DNA from: Sphagnum compactum
Lineage: Eukaryota
Direction of reading: 5' to 3'
DNA: 64,000 nt
NCBI GenBank assembly: GCA_965153455.1
Contig: OZ234493.1
Location: 4,898,001 to 4,962,000, forward strand
The notes beneath the pieces were generated by a model. That model did not search any database and was not told the origin of the DNA. It saw only the letters and a list, made by a program, of their open reading frames with translations. A program made the translations under genes and the position numbers. The stretch's first letter is position 1. Every line of letters starts with the position of its first letter. Positions 63,840 through 64,000 of this stretch are shown here, piece after piece.

Positions 63840-64000
63840 GATCATGCGAGAAACGATTGGATCATCGATTCGGGCGCAACGCAACACATGACGTTCGAAC
63901 GAGAGTGGTTCACCACTTACGAATCCATTGTTGCACGAAAGGTGTACATGGGAGATGACACCATTTTGGAGGCCATTGGCAAAGGGAGCATCAAGGCCAC
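63840..64000 (+). pseudogene. Protease region of another, A-like, Copia copy
   Basis: DHARNDWIIDSGATQHMTFEREWFTTYESIV, closer to A than to B or F. Confidence 0.85.

Overview
Plant nuclear DNA, most consistent with a bryophyte; a moss such as Sphagnum is an inference, not proven. 1-5753 holds the 3' part of a spliced TIME FOR COFFEE (TIC)-like gene. About 6-17 kb is intergenic DNA with minisatellites and transposon relics. From about 18 kb a dead hAT transposase is split by a 33.7-kb nest of LTR retrotransposons (20707-54365) that can be fully reconstructed from 5-bp target-site duplications (TSDs). Copia A contains Copia B, which contains chromovirus Gypsy C, which contains solo LTR D. A also contains antisense chimeric Copia E, which contains Copia F, which contains Copia G. 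Solo LTR H sits in A's 3' LTR. A second nest of the same Copia family (I, J) starts at 57107 inside a decayed Gypsy and runs off the window. This Copia family has TG...TA LTR ends, a half-tRNAiMet primer-binding site (PBS), telomere/telo-box repeats in its LTRs and recurrent insertion into itself at near-identical positions. One integrase zinc-finger His codon carries a different base (A, C, G or T) at its middle position in each of four near-identical copies. The pattern resembles the moss RLC5/Bryco centromeric Copia clusters.
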